Position numbers and translations under genes: made by a program. Positions 27,689 through 37,751 of a stretch of DNA of 53,001 bases are shown in pieces. Source of the DNA: a virus. Lineage: Duplodnaviria > Caudoviricetes. Where the stretch lies: positions 1 through 53,001 of IMG/VR virus record IMGVR_UViG_3300022933_000007. One strand, written 5' to 3'. Numbering within the stretch: position 1 is the stretch's first letter; each line of letters begins with the position of its first letter. A model generated the notes under the pieces. The model was given only the letters and a program-made list of their open reading frames with translations, was not told where the DNA came from and searched no databases.

Positions 27689-30049
27689 ATGGGTAATCAT
27701 ATAATTAAGGAAGATAACCTTGAAGTATATACTCCCGAAATCGGAGAATCTCAAGAGATAGGTATCGACCAAACAACTACAAGTTATTCTCCACGTTTAA
27801 ATAAACTTAAAGAAGGAGAAACTATACAAGTTAAGTTAAATGAAAAGGCTATCAAGTGGCGTATTTCTCACGATTTATACAAAGACTTTAAATCAGGTGT
27901 AAGAGAACTATTCCAAAACGAAGCAAGGGCTTGTCGTCAAGCAAGGGATAAGTATAATGCCAAGCCAAAGATTGTAGTTAAAATTAATTCAGATACTAAG
28001 AGTTTATCCATTAAAGGTATTGATTCACTTGGTATTAGTGAGGCAGTATTTGATAATGTATTAAGAGTGCTTGGTGTTTCAGGCAATACTGATGGTGGTA
28101 ATGAAGTTGGTCAATTTGGTATGGGCTTTGCTTCTTATACAACGATTAGTGATATTATTATGGTTGAAACTTGGTATCGTGAGAACAGGGAAGATGGTAG
28201 TGAACAACGTTATGCTTTCTTAGGCGATAACGGTGTTGATTTCAAGATATTACCTGAGCCTGAGTTAGATGTATTCGGCACTAACATATCAATGACATAT
28301 AATGACACAGTAGATGAACGTGGTATGATTGATATGCTTACTGAGTGTGCCAAGTTTTGTGGTGTCAAGGTAGATTTAATAGTAGAATCTGATTGGAATA
28401 ATTACCATGAGTTCGGACAAATTGGTGTCTATGAGTTAGAAACCTTTAGAGATATTGAGGATTGTTTAGACAAACAGTTAGTAAGTATCTTAGAAACGGA
28501 AGAAGTATATAAAGACGGAGAGTTTAATTCTGATACTAATAGTAAAGTTTCATACTGTAAGAAAGTTCACATAGACAATGAGGATTATGAATTTGTTGGA
28601 CTAATTGCATTGACAAGTAGTGATAATTCACATAATAATTTTATTAATGGAAAAATGAATTATCATTTGTTAGCAACAGTTCCAATAGAGATTAACTTTA
28701 GTCCGTCAGGTAGATGGACTTGTTATGCTCTCAATATTAAGAACGAGAGAAAGTTTATGCCAACAGCAGATAGAGATAGACTTACTAAGGAAGCAGAAAA
28801 TGCCATAACAGATATGTATGACAATGAAATTACAGAATACTTTAAAGATGTTAAAGTTGAATCAATAGTGGACTATAAAAACTCACTTGACAAACCTATA
28901 TTAGATATGCACAATTATTATGAGGACTTGATTGACAAAGATGTGTATGAACAAACTTCTCTAGTATTAAGTACGTTGTCAAAAAGATTTACTATTAATT
29001 CAGGAACAAAAAGAATGATGATGTTAAAAACTATGCTGTCATCAGATAGAGATGTTGTAAAACTAAAAGCATTACGAGGAGATTATATGCAACGACTTAA
29101 TACTGTGCTTAATGAGCCATTATACTTTAGATTCAAAGAGAGTGATGTGTATCATTATAATTCAGATGAGGGTAAGAAAGAGTATGATGATATGTTAGTT
29201 CTTTTGAAAGAGGTTGGTGTAATATTCGGGGAAGAATATATCAAAGAGAATAAGATTAAACCACTAACTAAGAAAGAGAAGAACAAAGGCGAAGCAGTAG
29301 CAAATAAAGATAGACCAATTAGATTATGGAATGGTGGTTATAGAAGTCATCATGCTGATGAAGAAGGAGAGAGGGCATTTGGATTGTCTAACTATTATCG
29401 CAGGTCATATATCTCAACGACCATTGGACTGGTTAATGAAAGGGCACATGATAATATGATTCAGTTCCCTAAAGGTAAGACCGAGTTGTTTAATGAGATA
29501 AAGAGTTTATTATGGAGTACCGAAGCCCCAATGGTATTAATGAAAGAAGCCAAAGGTCTTGACAGCGAAAAGATACAAACATGGGATTCATTTGTTGCTG
29601 ACGTTAAGGAAAATGAACTAACATTCTTAACAGGTAAGAAAATAATTCCAAACAAATTAAGTAAAGATAAAGATTATAGTATAATTGTGGCAGATGTTGA
29701 GGGTGTAATTCCATTGATAAAGAAATTAAATTCAAAAGAATATGACAATGTTATTGCAGTTGATAATCATTTAGGAGAATTTAAACTAAGATGTTTGTTT
29801 GACCAACTTGGATTCAAACTTGCTTACAGTAATATAAGTACCGAAGATATAATTAGACAGGCTAGTGGATTAGATGATGACTTTCATATGTATTGTAACT
29901 CACAACAGAAAGATTATATCTATGGACAACTACCAAAGTATCAAGAACAGTTATCCCCAAGTTTGTTTAAGTTATTACTTAGGGCATTGGCAAGTAAGCC
30001 TTACGAATTTGATGAAATAATTGCACTCGTTAAGGAACAAATTAAATGA
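27689..30049 (+). CDS. GHKL (Hsp90-like) ATPase, rIIA-like architecture
   Basis: LY...GVRELFQNE, IDSLGIS, GQFGMGFAS and GT motifs with a long C-terminal region. Confidence 0.8.
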   Translation: MGNHIIKEDNLEVYTPEIGESQEIGIDQTTTSYSPRLNKLKEGETIQVKLNEKAIKWRISHDLYKDFKSGVRELFQNEARACRQARDKYNAKPKIVVKINSDTKSLSIKGIDSLGISEAVFDNVLRVLGVSGNTDGGNEVGQFGMGFASYTTISDIIMVETWYRENREDGSEQRYAFLGDNGVDFKILPEPELDVFGTNISMTYNDTVDERGMIDMLTECAKFCGVKVDLIVESDWNNYHEFGQIGVYELETFRDIEDCLDKQLVSILETEEVYKDGEFNSDTNSKVSYCKKVHIDNEDYEFVGLIALTSSDNSHNNFINGKMNYHLLATVPIEINFSPSGRWTCYALNIKNERKFMPTADRDRLTKEAENAITDMYDNEITEYFKDVKVESIVDYKNSLDKPILDMHNYYEDLIDKDVYEQTSLVLSTLSKRFTINSGTKRMMMLKTMLSSDRDVVKLKALRGDYMQRLNTVLNEPLYFRFKESDVYHYNSDEGKKEYDDMLVLLKEVGVIFGEEYIKENKIKPLTKKEKNKGEAVANKDRPIRLWNGGYRSHHADEEGERAFGLSNYYRRSYISTTIGLVNERAHDNMIQFPKGKTELFNEIKSLLWSTEAPMVLMKEAKGLDSEKIQTWDSFVADVKENELTFLTGKKIIPNKLSKDKDYSIIVADVEGVIPLIKKLNSKEYDNVIAVDNHLGEFKLRCLFDQLGFKLAYSNISTEDIIRQASGLDDDFHMYCNSQQKDYIYGQLPKYQEQLSPSLFKLLLRALASKPYEFDEIIALVKEQIK

Positions 30050-30777
30050 GAAAACTAGCAGAACGTAATAACGTTTATGTTGTTGAGGACAACGGAAAGA
30101 TAAAGACACTAATCAAAGATACTTATACTGAACTCAAGTTATCAGAAAACTATGAGGGTAACAGAATCTTTCATGATTTTGGTAATGGTTTAAGTGTTAA
30201 AGAAACTTATGATGAACGTATCTTTAACTGTTTTAATGGCGAGGTAACAATTAACATTCGTGATGGTAATAAGATAGCCGAGTTTATTTCTGACAGTAAC
30301 TCAGCAGGTTATGAAGTATATTTCAAAGACCATTACTACAAACAACATAGAACTGAGTTCCTCGAAAGAGTTATCTCTACTTATGGAGATAGGGTAGTTA
30401 AAGTGCAAGACGGATATATTGTTGATGACATTTGGAAAGTAAGTAACGAGGGAAGCAGTTATTATCTAGCACAATCAGGACACAAAGGAAACTTTGATAC
30501 TGATACTGTTAGAGTGCATGGAGAAAATTCTCAAGGTGTTGTAGGTAATTGGCATTTCCTATGCACAGTTGCACAAGGTAAGTTTATGTCAATGAGTATA
30601 GATACTGAGATTGGTATCTTAGAACTAGATGAAACAACTATAACTATACTAGCAAAGATTAATTTCTTGATGAATCCTAACGTGAATGATAGTGTGTTTA
30701 TGAATCAGTTGCCTGACAAAACAAAGAAACTATTGATAGCAGAAAAAGATGAGCAAGATGGAGGTGTATTAAAATGA
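30046..30777 (+). CDS. Hypothetical protein coupled to the GHKL ATPase
   Basis: ATGA overlap; 243 aa. Confidence 0.6.
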   Translation: MRKLAERNNVYVVEDNGKIKTLIKDTYTELKLSENYEGNRIFHDFGNGLSVKETYDERIFNCFNGEVTINIRDGNKIAEFISDSNSAGYEVYFKDHYYKQHRTEFLERVISTYGDRVVKVQDGYIVDDIWKVSNEGSSYYLAQSGHKGNFDTDTVRVHGENSQGVVGNWHFLCTVAQGKFMSMSIDTEIGILELDETTITILAKINFLMNPNVNDSVFMNQLPDKTKKLLIAEKDEQDGGVLK

Positions 30778-31061
30778 TACAAGAATGTCTTGAAGATAAT
30801 TTAAAATCTCATTATAGATTAAGTGCCCAAGTAGGATTTGTATTTCATGGGCAAAAAAGTAAAGTTCCTGATGGAAGCACATTTACCTGCAAGAGTTGCA
30901 AACATGATTTAAATAGTGGAGATTTATTCATAAGAACATATGAAAATTACTTACCCTCATATCATTTGGATTGTTATCAGGGTATAACAGAAAGAATTTT
31001 AGATACCTATAAAGAACTTGGGTATGAATTATTAAATAAGGAGGTAGATGAAAATGATTAA
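30774..31061 (+). CDS. Zn-finger protein
   Basis: CKSC...YHLDC. Confidence 0.55.
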   Translation: MIQECLEDNLKSHYRLSAQVGFVFHGQKSKVPDGSTFTCKSCKHDLNSGDLFIRTYENYLPSYHLDCYQGITERILDTYKELGYELLNKEVDEND

Positions 31062-31275
31062 GCAAGAAAGAAAACCTGATGTGCGAATACATTATTGTAA
31101 AGCACAAAAGTCTAGTGGGAAGCCTATAATGGTTACCGAATTAGGACACGCAGAATATCAAACAGATTGTATAGAATTAAACAACGTGAATATTCGTGTC
31201 AAGTTTAACAACAGTAACTCTAAGGAAAAGAGTAGAGGGGCTACAAGTATATTGGAGGTATGGACAAATGCCTAG
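31048..31275 (+). CDS. Hypothetical protein
   Basis: AAGGAGGTAG upstream. Confidence 0.5.
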   Translation: MKMIKQERKPDVRIHYCKAQKSSGKPIMVTELGHAEYQTDCIELNNVNIRVKFNNSNSKEKSRGATSILEVWTNA

Positions 31276-31504
31276 CAATGTAGAGTTAGTTACAATACAA
31301 ACAGGGGAACAAGAAAGTGCATATCCTCATTCATGTGAGAGATGTGCTCATGTATTTAGGAATGAAGCTAGATATAAGTGGAGGTTACAACCTGATGGAA
31401 GTAGAAAATATCTAAGAGGTATGTTTTGGACTACTCATTGTAGGGATTGTTTAATCACTACAAAACAACAATGGATTCAGGCACTTGAAGCGTTACAAGT
31501 ATAA
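31196..31504 (+). CDS. Zn-finger protein (likely start at MPSNV)
   Basis: CERC...CRDC. Confidence 0.5.
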   Translation: MSSLTTVTLRKRVEGLQVYWRYGQMPSNVELVTIQTGEQESAYPHSCERCAHVFRNEARYKWRLQPDGSRKYLRGMFWTTHCRDCLITTKQQWIQALEALQV

Positions 31505-31584
31505 GAACTACGAAGTCGAGGGGGATAGATGGCAAGTATGGTCTATGTTATCTAAAGAATTTCCTGATGAACAGGTGGTTTTAA

Positions 31585-31800
31585 ATGGTTAATGATTTCA
31601 GTATAAAGATTCAATCTGCAAGGATTAATGTTTATAATAAAGACAATGGTAATAGTTATACTGTAACAAAGTACGAGGACATTTGGGTATGTGATTGTAA
31701 GTCTTATCAATTCTGTGTTGAGCCTCAAAGTTGCAAACATATAGAGGAAGTCATTACAAGTATTGATACATATATTATGACAGATGAGGAAGTAGAATGA
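31585..31800 (+). CDS. SWIM-type Zn-finger protein
   Basis: YTVT...CDCKSY...CKHI. Confidence 0.7.
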   Translation: MVNDFSIKIQSARINVYNKDNGNSYTVTKYEDIWVCDCKSYQFCVEPQSCKHIEEVITSIDTYIMTDEEVE

Positions 31801-32162
31801 ATCAAATACAATTATGGGAACATCAGGCAAGTAGGTCTATATATATTTTAGAAAATAATTGTATGAAAGATAAGTGTTGGTGTACGAAATGATAGAAAGT
31901 ATATTATATTGTAAGCATAATAATGCAGAAGATAACTTGTGCATTGATTGCTTTCAGAATATAAAGGAGGAATAAATATGGCGTTAGAATTTACAACAGT
32001 AGTGCATTGTAAGTGTTCCGAATGTGGACACGAAGAAGAACAGGAAGTAGATGTATCTTATGAGCCAGATTACTAGGTGTGGTCATTGTGCTAAGAAGCA
32101 AAGGTTGTTTGAAAAATATCAGGGCAAGTGTAGAAATTGCTTCCTTGCACATAAGATAGTAT

Positions 32163-32843
32163 ATGAATATGAAGGAAAATATAAAAATGAATAGTAAAGA
32201 AGCCAAAGATATAACAGGAGGGCTTACTGCTACAAGCAAAATGCCATGTCCTAGTTATTCTTTACCTGCTCAAGCGTGTAAGATGGGCAGTAAGTTAGTA
32301 AGTATTAAAGGCTCAGTATGTGAGGGTTGCTATGCACTCAAGGGATTTTATAGATTCAAGCAAGGTCGTAATGCTAGAGATGTTAGGTTGGCTAGTATAT
32401 ATAATCCAAAGTGGGTTAGTGCCATGTCATTTCTAGTCAAGAACAGAAAGGATAATGCTTTCTTTAGATGGCATGATAGTGGAGACATTCAATCTATCAT
32501 GCACTTGGGTAATATAATGACGGTGGCAAAGAACACGCCTGACACTAAGCATTGGTTGCCTACGCGTGAGTATAAGTTACTTACTGATTATGTAGAGGGT
32601 GGTCTTGAGATTCCTAGTAATATGTATGTTAGGGTTTCTACTTATATGATTGATGGTGTTCCTCCCCTCGAATTTGCTAGGAAACTTAACGAACATGATA
32701 ATGTTGAGGGATTCATAGGAGTAAGTAGTGTAAGTAAGGACAAAGATGAAGCAAACTGTCCTGCGTATAATCAAGGTGGTATGTGTGGTGATTGTCGTGT
32801 ATGCTGGACAACCAAAGAGAACATCACTTATCCTTTCCATTAG
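32163..32843 (+). CDS. gp88-family Cys-rich protein
   Basis: SKMPCPSYSLPA..C...C..CYA.KG, FRWHDSGD, WLPTRE and C-terminal C..C..CW. Confidence 0.75.
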   Translation: MNMKENIKMNSKEAKDITGGLTATSKMPCPSYSLPAQACKMGSKLVSIKGSVCEGCYALKGFYRFKQGRNARDVRLASIYNPKWVSAMSFLVKNRKDNAFFRWHDSGDIQSIMHLGNIMTVAKNTPDTKHWLPTREYKLLTDYVEGGLEIPSNMYVRVSTYMIDGVPPLEFARKLNEHDNVEGFIGVSSVSKDKDEANCPAYNQGGMCGDCRVCWTTKENITYPFH

Positions 32844-33269
32844 ATATGAGAAGTACAAAAGAAATATACGAGTGTGATGATTGTGGTAATGAATTTGATG
32901 AAGATACAAATTATGTAAAAGAATGTAAAATATGTGAAGGGGATTACTGTGAGGATTGTCAAGATGAACATGCTAAATATGAGTGTGGTTTCTAATGTTT
33001 AACTGTGAATCATGTGGGTGTGAGATGAAACGAAAACACCCTAACTCAGTTGAGTGTAATGAATGTCGTGCAGGATATAGACCATGAAACTAACTGACTA
33101 TGCTAACCCTGAGTGTGAAGAATGTGAAGGCGAGGGATATTATGACGTGGCAGTAAGAGATGATAGTGAGGCTATCCCATGTCAGAAATGTTTCCCACCT
33201 GAAAAGAATCAACTCGAAACAACATGGGAGGATTTAAGAGATGATGAAGATAGAGATGATGGCTTCTAG
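32792..33269 (+). other. Cluster of acidic CxxC mini-proteins
   Basis: Tracked ORFs 32792..32995 and 33084..33269 plus an untracked ORF from 32995 (MFNCESCGC...CNEC). Confidence 0.55.
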
Positions 33270-33389
33270 CACAAATATTTGTGAGTGTTGCTGGGAACTA
33301 GGCAAGACATATAAGCATGAACATGGTTATGTGTGTGCAGTATGTATAGAAATATTAAAAAAATTAAAAAATAAGGAGGTAGATAAAAT

Positions 33390-33662
33390 ATGGTAGATTT
33401 ATATGCAAAATTTAAATGTTACAAATGTGATGAAACTTATCTCGGCAGGGATATAATTAAAGGCTCATCAATAGGTAGTGGATTCTTCACAGAATATATG
33501 TGTGAGGATTGTACAAAGGAAAATTATATCTGGGCAACTGGAGATGATTTAGTTACCGAACATCATAAGGCTAACATAAGAGAAATGAATAAGAAAGTCA
33601 ACAAACAGATTAATAAAATAATCTATGAGTTGAGTGGAATATTAGGAGGTAAAGAAGAATGA
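33390..33662 (+). CDS. Zn-finger hypothetical protein
   Basis: CYKC...CEDC; ends GGKEE. Confidence 0.55.
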   Translation: MVDLYAKFKCYKCDETYLGRDIIKGSSIGSGFFTEYMCEDCTKENYIWATGDDLVTEHHKANIREMNKKVNKQINKIIYELSGILGGKEE

Positions 33663-33856
33663 GGTGTTTAGTTACAAAAGTATTAGTAGATGGTAGTGAT
33701 ATGATTGAATGTTATAGTACCGAATATGAAACAAATTTACCTGAAAATATATCATGGGAACTTAGATTCTACTGTGATTATTGTGGAGATGAGGTAGTAG
33801 AAGATGAATTAGAATCACATGAATGTGAAAATTGGAAAGGAGGTAAAGAAGAATGA
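33659..33856 (+). CDS. Zn-finger mini-protein flanked by 19-bp direct repeats
   Basis: CDYC...H.C; AGGAGGTAAAGAAGAATGA at 33644 and 33838. Confidence 0.6.
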   Translation: MRCLVTKVLVDGSDMIECYSTEYETNLPENISWELRFYCDYCGDEVVEDELESHECENWKGGKEE

Positions 33857-34083
33857 CAGGATTTAGTGTAAAGGATAAAGAGATGATAGAGTTTGGTAGA
33901 TTTACTGTGTATCAATCTCTTAAAGAAATGATAGAGGAGGGTAACAACTTGAACATCATAAAGTTTAATGAACTTACCCAAGATACTATAAGGAATATAA
34001 CAAACAAGGTACTGCTGGATATAATCGAGGAAGTATTGAGTGAGGATTCTGACCTCAAAGATTGGAGGGAGGGGTTGGAATGA
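33853..34083 (+). CDS. Hypothetical protein
   Basis: ATGA coupling. Confidence 0.5.
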   Translation: MTGFSVKDKEMIEFGRFTVYQSLKEMIEEGNNLNIIKFNELTQDTIRNITNKVLLDIIEEVLSEDSDLKDWREGLE

Positions 34084-34355
34084 ATATTCCATTCCAAACT
34101 CCTATAAGATTTGACAAATGGGAGGAAGATATTAAGGAACAAACTAAAATAGTGAGAGATAAAAACGGATTTACTATTAGTGGTCTTGTCATGCACCCTG
34201 AAACTATATCAGAAGTAATGAATTATCAATCAGACCATACTCTAATGAATCAGTATAGTCGTATCAGTAATGGTATATGGTTTGCTGGTTATAAGTTGAT
34301 AGGTAACTCCGACCTTAAACAATATGAATATAGATTAGAGGTAGCATATGTATGA
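34062..34355 (+). CDS. Hypothetical protein
   Basis: Operon context; likely start at MNIPF. Confidence 0.5.
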   Translation: MEGGVGMNIPFQTPIRFDKWEEDIKEQTKIVRDKNGFTISGLVMHPETISEVMNYQSDHTLMNQYSRISNGIWFAGYKLIGNSDLKQYEYRLEVAYV

Positions 34356-34725
34356 ACATCATACCCCAAGACTTATAAACTATGATTAATTATCTCAGGT
34401 GTGGATTTCGAGAGTAAGTTGATTAGTGATATTCTAGAACTCGAAGAAGAATTATGGATTCCTATGCACAGAATAAAATATGCTGACCTCGCTGACAAGG
34501 ACTTGGATTATTTAACTATGTATTATAATAAACTTGTTCATGTGAGAGACAATCCTGTATGACAATATGTTTAATCTGTCTAAAAGAGAAGATAGATTTT
34601 GTTCATAACGGTATAGAAATGTGTGCTGATTGTTTAAATATAGTATTAGATGTGGAAAAAAACCACCCTGATTGTAAGCCTGAAGATTAGGTAAGATATA
34701 TTAATTAGTTAATATTATTATAGAT

Positions 34726-35037
34726 ATGATGGTTGAATTAAGTGTGCTTACCCGAATGAAACAAGCCTTGTCAAAGGAACATATGGTAGGTGCTATAACA
34801 TTAAGTCATGTAGATGATGATTTCTATCCTGTGGTTATGGAGTATATAAGTAGTATAGATTGTGAGGCAGGTAAGGTTATGTTTGCAAAGTTTAAGCGTA
34901 GTCGTGTTACTAAGTTACTTAGACTTGCTGGTGCTAGGACTTCTGTTGATAGTATTGAGGAGTTTCTTGCCCCCGAAGAAAAGGTATTATATAATGAACT
35001 GTTTGAGACAGTAGATAAGTATTGGAGGTTGTATTAA
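34726..35037 (+). CDS. GINS-like protein (helical domain only)
   Basis: LSHVDDDFY...RSRVTKLLRLA...LAPEEKVLYNEL resembles archaeal GINS; MCM in same genome; own TATA box. Confidence 0.65.
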   Translation: MMVELSVLTRMKQALSKEHMVGAITLSHVDDDFYPVVMEYISSIDCEAGKVMFAKFKRSRVTKLLRLAGARTSVDSIEEFLAPEEKVLYNELFETVDKYWRLY

Positions 35038-35077
35038 TGAATGAAATATTATTACATGGAGATGAGGACATAGAGAT

Positions 35078-35368
35078 ATGCTTATCACTAACAAGTATGA
35101 GAATCAATGTACGAAATGCAAACAAACAATCCCTATTGAGCAACAAGTTGAGTGGACAAAAGGAGTGGGTATTGCACATGTTGAGTGCCCAGTACCCGAA
35201 GATAAATTCAAGTCAATACGAAAGTATTCCTATAAGAAACTACAAGTATTACGAAAGTGTCAGTTATGCAAAGAGAAGTTTGTCAAGGGCGACAAGTATA
35301 TTTATGAAAGCTATAGGCTATGCCAAAAATGCTGGGAAGCGAACTTGAATTATGAAGGAGTGTCCTAA
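35078..35368 (+). CDS. Double Zn-finger protein
   Basis: CTKC...HVEC and CQLC...CQKC. Confidence 0.6.
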   Translation: MLITNKYENQCTKCKQTIPIEQQVEWTKGVGIAHVECPVPEDKFKSIRKYSYKKLQVLRKCQLCKEKFVKGDKYIYESYRLCQKCWEANLNYEGVS

Positions 35369-36048
35369 ATGTTACAACTACCATATGAGTTGTATGATTA
35401 TAAGTATGTCAGATGAATATTGTGGGTGTGATTGTCATAAATAATATAAATAAAATAAAAGGTACTGTTAGTTTAGAGGATTATTATACCCCTGAACATC
35501 AGGCACTTGTAGATTCTATACAAAAGGAACTTGCTAAAAATGTTTGAGGTATTCTTTAAGATAGATGAAACGTTGCAAGAGATACGTGACCTTATGGTCA
35601 AGATGGAAAAACATCTAAGTGACTTAACCGACCCACCTAATTTAAATGAGTGGGCTAAGTATAAAAAGGAGGTAGATAAAAATGATAGAAATTAAAGAGT
35701 TTGTATATCTAGTATGGTTTGAGCCTGACTATGCTAGTGAATACCCTGAATCATATCCATCACTTCAAGGAGTATGGGGAGAGTACAATGATATACCACA
35801 ACTATTCAAAGATGAAGATGATTATGATGTGGTAAAGGAGATAGTTAAATGAAATTTACATTCAAGGGTAAAAAGTTCAAGCGTGTAGGTTGGAAGTTGG
35901 AGATGGAAGATTGAAGCATGAACATCAATGGGTTTGAACTTACAATCAATGACCTCAAAGCAGTAATAGAGGAGATTAAGACTCTTACAGAGGGTGGTAT
36001 CTACGATAAACAAATCAAAGAAATCCTCAAGAAAGGGGAGAGTAAGGC

Positions 36049-36246
36049 ATGAGTGAAATAGAATTTGCAGTATTAAATGATGAGGATAGAGTGACTATAC
36101 AATCTGCTCTAAAACTACAAGAATTGGTAATGAAAGCAAGTATCACTCCTAGTGAGGAGACTTGTTTCGGAATACCTGTTAATGCAGGAGAAATGTCCAC
36201 AATGAAACATCTACTAGAGGAATCAGAGAAAGGGGAGAGTAAATGA
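36049..36246 (+). CDS. Hypothetical protein bounded by GAAAGGGGAGAGTAA repeats
   Basis: Repeat at 36031 and 36228. Confidence 0.5.
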   Translation: MSEIEFAVLNDEDRVTIQSALKLQELVMKASITPSEETCFGIPVNAGEMSTMKHLLEESEKGESK

Positions 36247-36846
36247 TGGAAGATTCACAATGTAATAAATGTGGTAGAGTAGTGGGTTCAGGATTTGATT
36301 GGAATTACTGTCCGAGATGTAGAGGTAAATTGGAGAGTAAGGCATGAGTGAAACTAATTGTAAATGGTGTAAAAAAATGAAACGATTATGTTCAATACAT
36401 ACCGGTTATGAAGTTGGTAGAAAATTAAACCATGAAGTTTCTCATAGAAATAGACGGAGTGGTCAAGCATGAACTTTTGGCAATGTAAAACCTGCGAAAG
36501 AAACTGCCATGAGATAGAGAGGAAAGCCTGTCGATTCTGTGGGGCAAAGAGAGAGATATGAAAGATATGAGACACCAATGTCCTCCATGTAAAATACATA
36601 TCAAAGAGGGGTTGTTCATTAAACATATGGAAAGCAAGGAACATCATAAACATATAGAAAGATATATCCATGACCTTAACGAACAAGGTAGTATGGATTT
36701 GATAGATTGAAAGAGAGTGAGAAGATTGAACTTCGTAAAAAATGCCGTTGCCCTCATAGTAGGAACGGTCTTCTTTGTAGTCTTTGTAAGTATGATACTT
36801 CCACGTTCTTCTATGATAGAAAAAGAGTTAAGGATTTGAAAGGACA

Positions 36847-37281
36847 ATGAATCCACACGATACATTCAAACGTGATTTGAAAGATGGTAAGAGAGTTGAA
36901 CGGAAACATCTAAGTCTTATACAAAAGGTATTCCCTGATACATATATCATAGATGGGTATTGTAAGGAATGGGATTTATTCATGCCAACATTTGGTATGG
37001 GTGTTGAAGTGAAATATGATAAGATGTCTCAGAAAACAGGTAACATAATTGTAGAGACAGAATTTAATAATAAAGTATCTGGATTATCCACAACAAAATC
37101 TACATGGTGGGTATTCGATACAGGACAAGAACATATGGTTGTCCATATAGATAAGTTAAAGGAACTTCTTAAAAATTATAGTGTTTGTTCATTGATAGGT
37201 AGGGGGGATTCCAAACCCAAGAAAGCATATCTTATTCCAATAGATAAGGTAAGAGATATAAAGAATAACTGGTATGATTAG
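36847..37281 (+). CDS. PD-(D/E)XK-family nuclease
   Basis: G..E, WDLF...VEVKYD, GNIIVE...SGL..T. Confidence 0.7.
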   Translation: MNPHDTFKRDLKDGKRVERKHLSLIQKVFPDTYIIDGYCKEWDLFMPTFGMGVEVKYDKMSQKTGNIIVETEFNNKVSGLSTTKSTWWVFDTGQEHMVVHIDKLKELLKNYSVCSLIGRGDSKPKKAYLIPIDKVRDIKNNWYD

Positions 37282-37283
37282 AT

Positions 37284-37751
37284 ATGAAATGTGCTAACTT
37301 TGTATGTCTTAATGAAGTAAAACATGTAGGCAAAAGACTATGTACTAATTTTTGTAATACATGTAGGAATAGTCCTCAGCCATATGTGTTTGAATGCAAA
37401 CAATGTGGCAATACATTCATACGTAATGGTCAGAACATGGGGAGGATTCCATTAACATGTAGTCAGAAGTGTAGGAATAGACGTAGGTATGTCATGTCAG
37501 GTAGGGCTAGGTCTAAGACTTATCAACGTAAGCCTAGACCAAAGGTAAAGAAACAGGCTAAGTTATGTAAGAATTGTGATGAAGCATTTAAGGGATTTGC
37601 CAGAAGAGTATTCTGTTCAAAGTCTTGTGCTACAAGATATCGTGAGACAACAGGTAGAGCAGAGAAGATTTATGAGAGTTTCATTAGAGTTAAAAAACAA
37701 TACCTTCATCAGCAAAAGCCTCAAGAAGTTCTCTACGTGACTCCTCGTTAG
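37284..37751 (+). CDS. Multi-Zn-finger basic DNA-binding protein
   Basis: Repeated CxxC...F...CSxxC motifs. Confidence 0.65.
   Translation: MKCANFVCLNEVKHVGKRLCTNFCNTCRNSPQPYVFECKQCGNTFIRNGQNMGRIPLTCSQKCRNRRRYVMSGRARSKTYQRKPRPKVKKQAKLCKNCDEAFKGFARRVFCSKSCATRYRETTGRAEKIYESFIRVKKQYLHQQKPQEVLYVTPR

Noticed and set aside
35022-35348. 108-aa ORF overlapping 35078..35368 on the same strand
   Set aside because: The alternative frame has clear Zn-finger motifs; this one has none, so dual coding is unsupported
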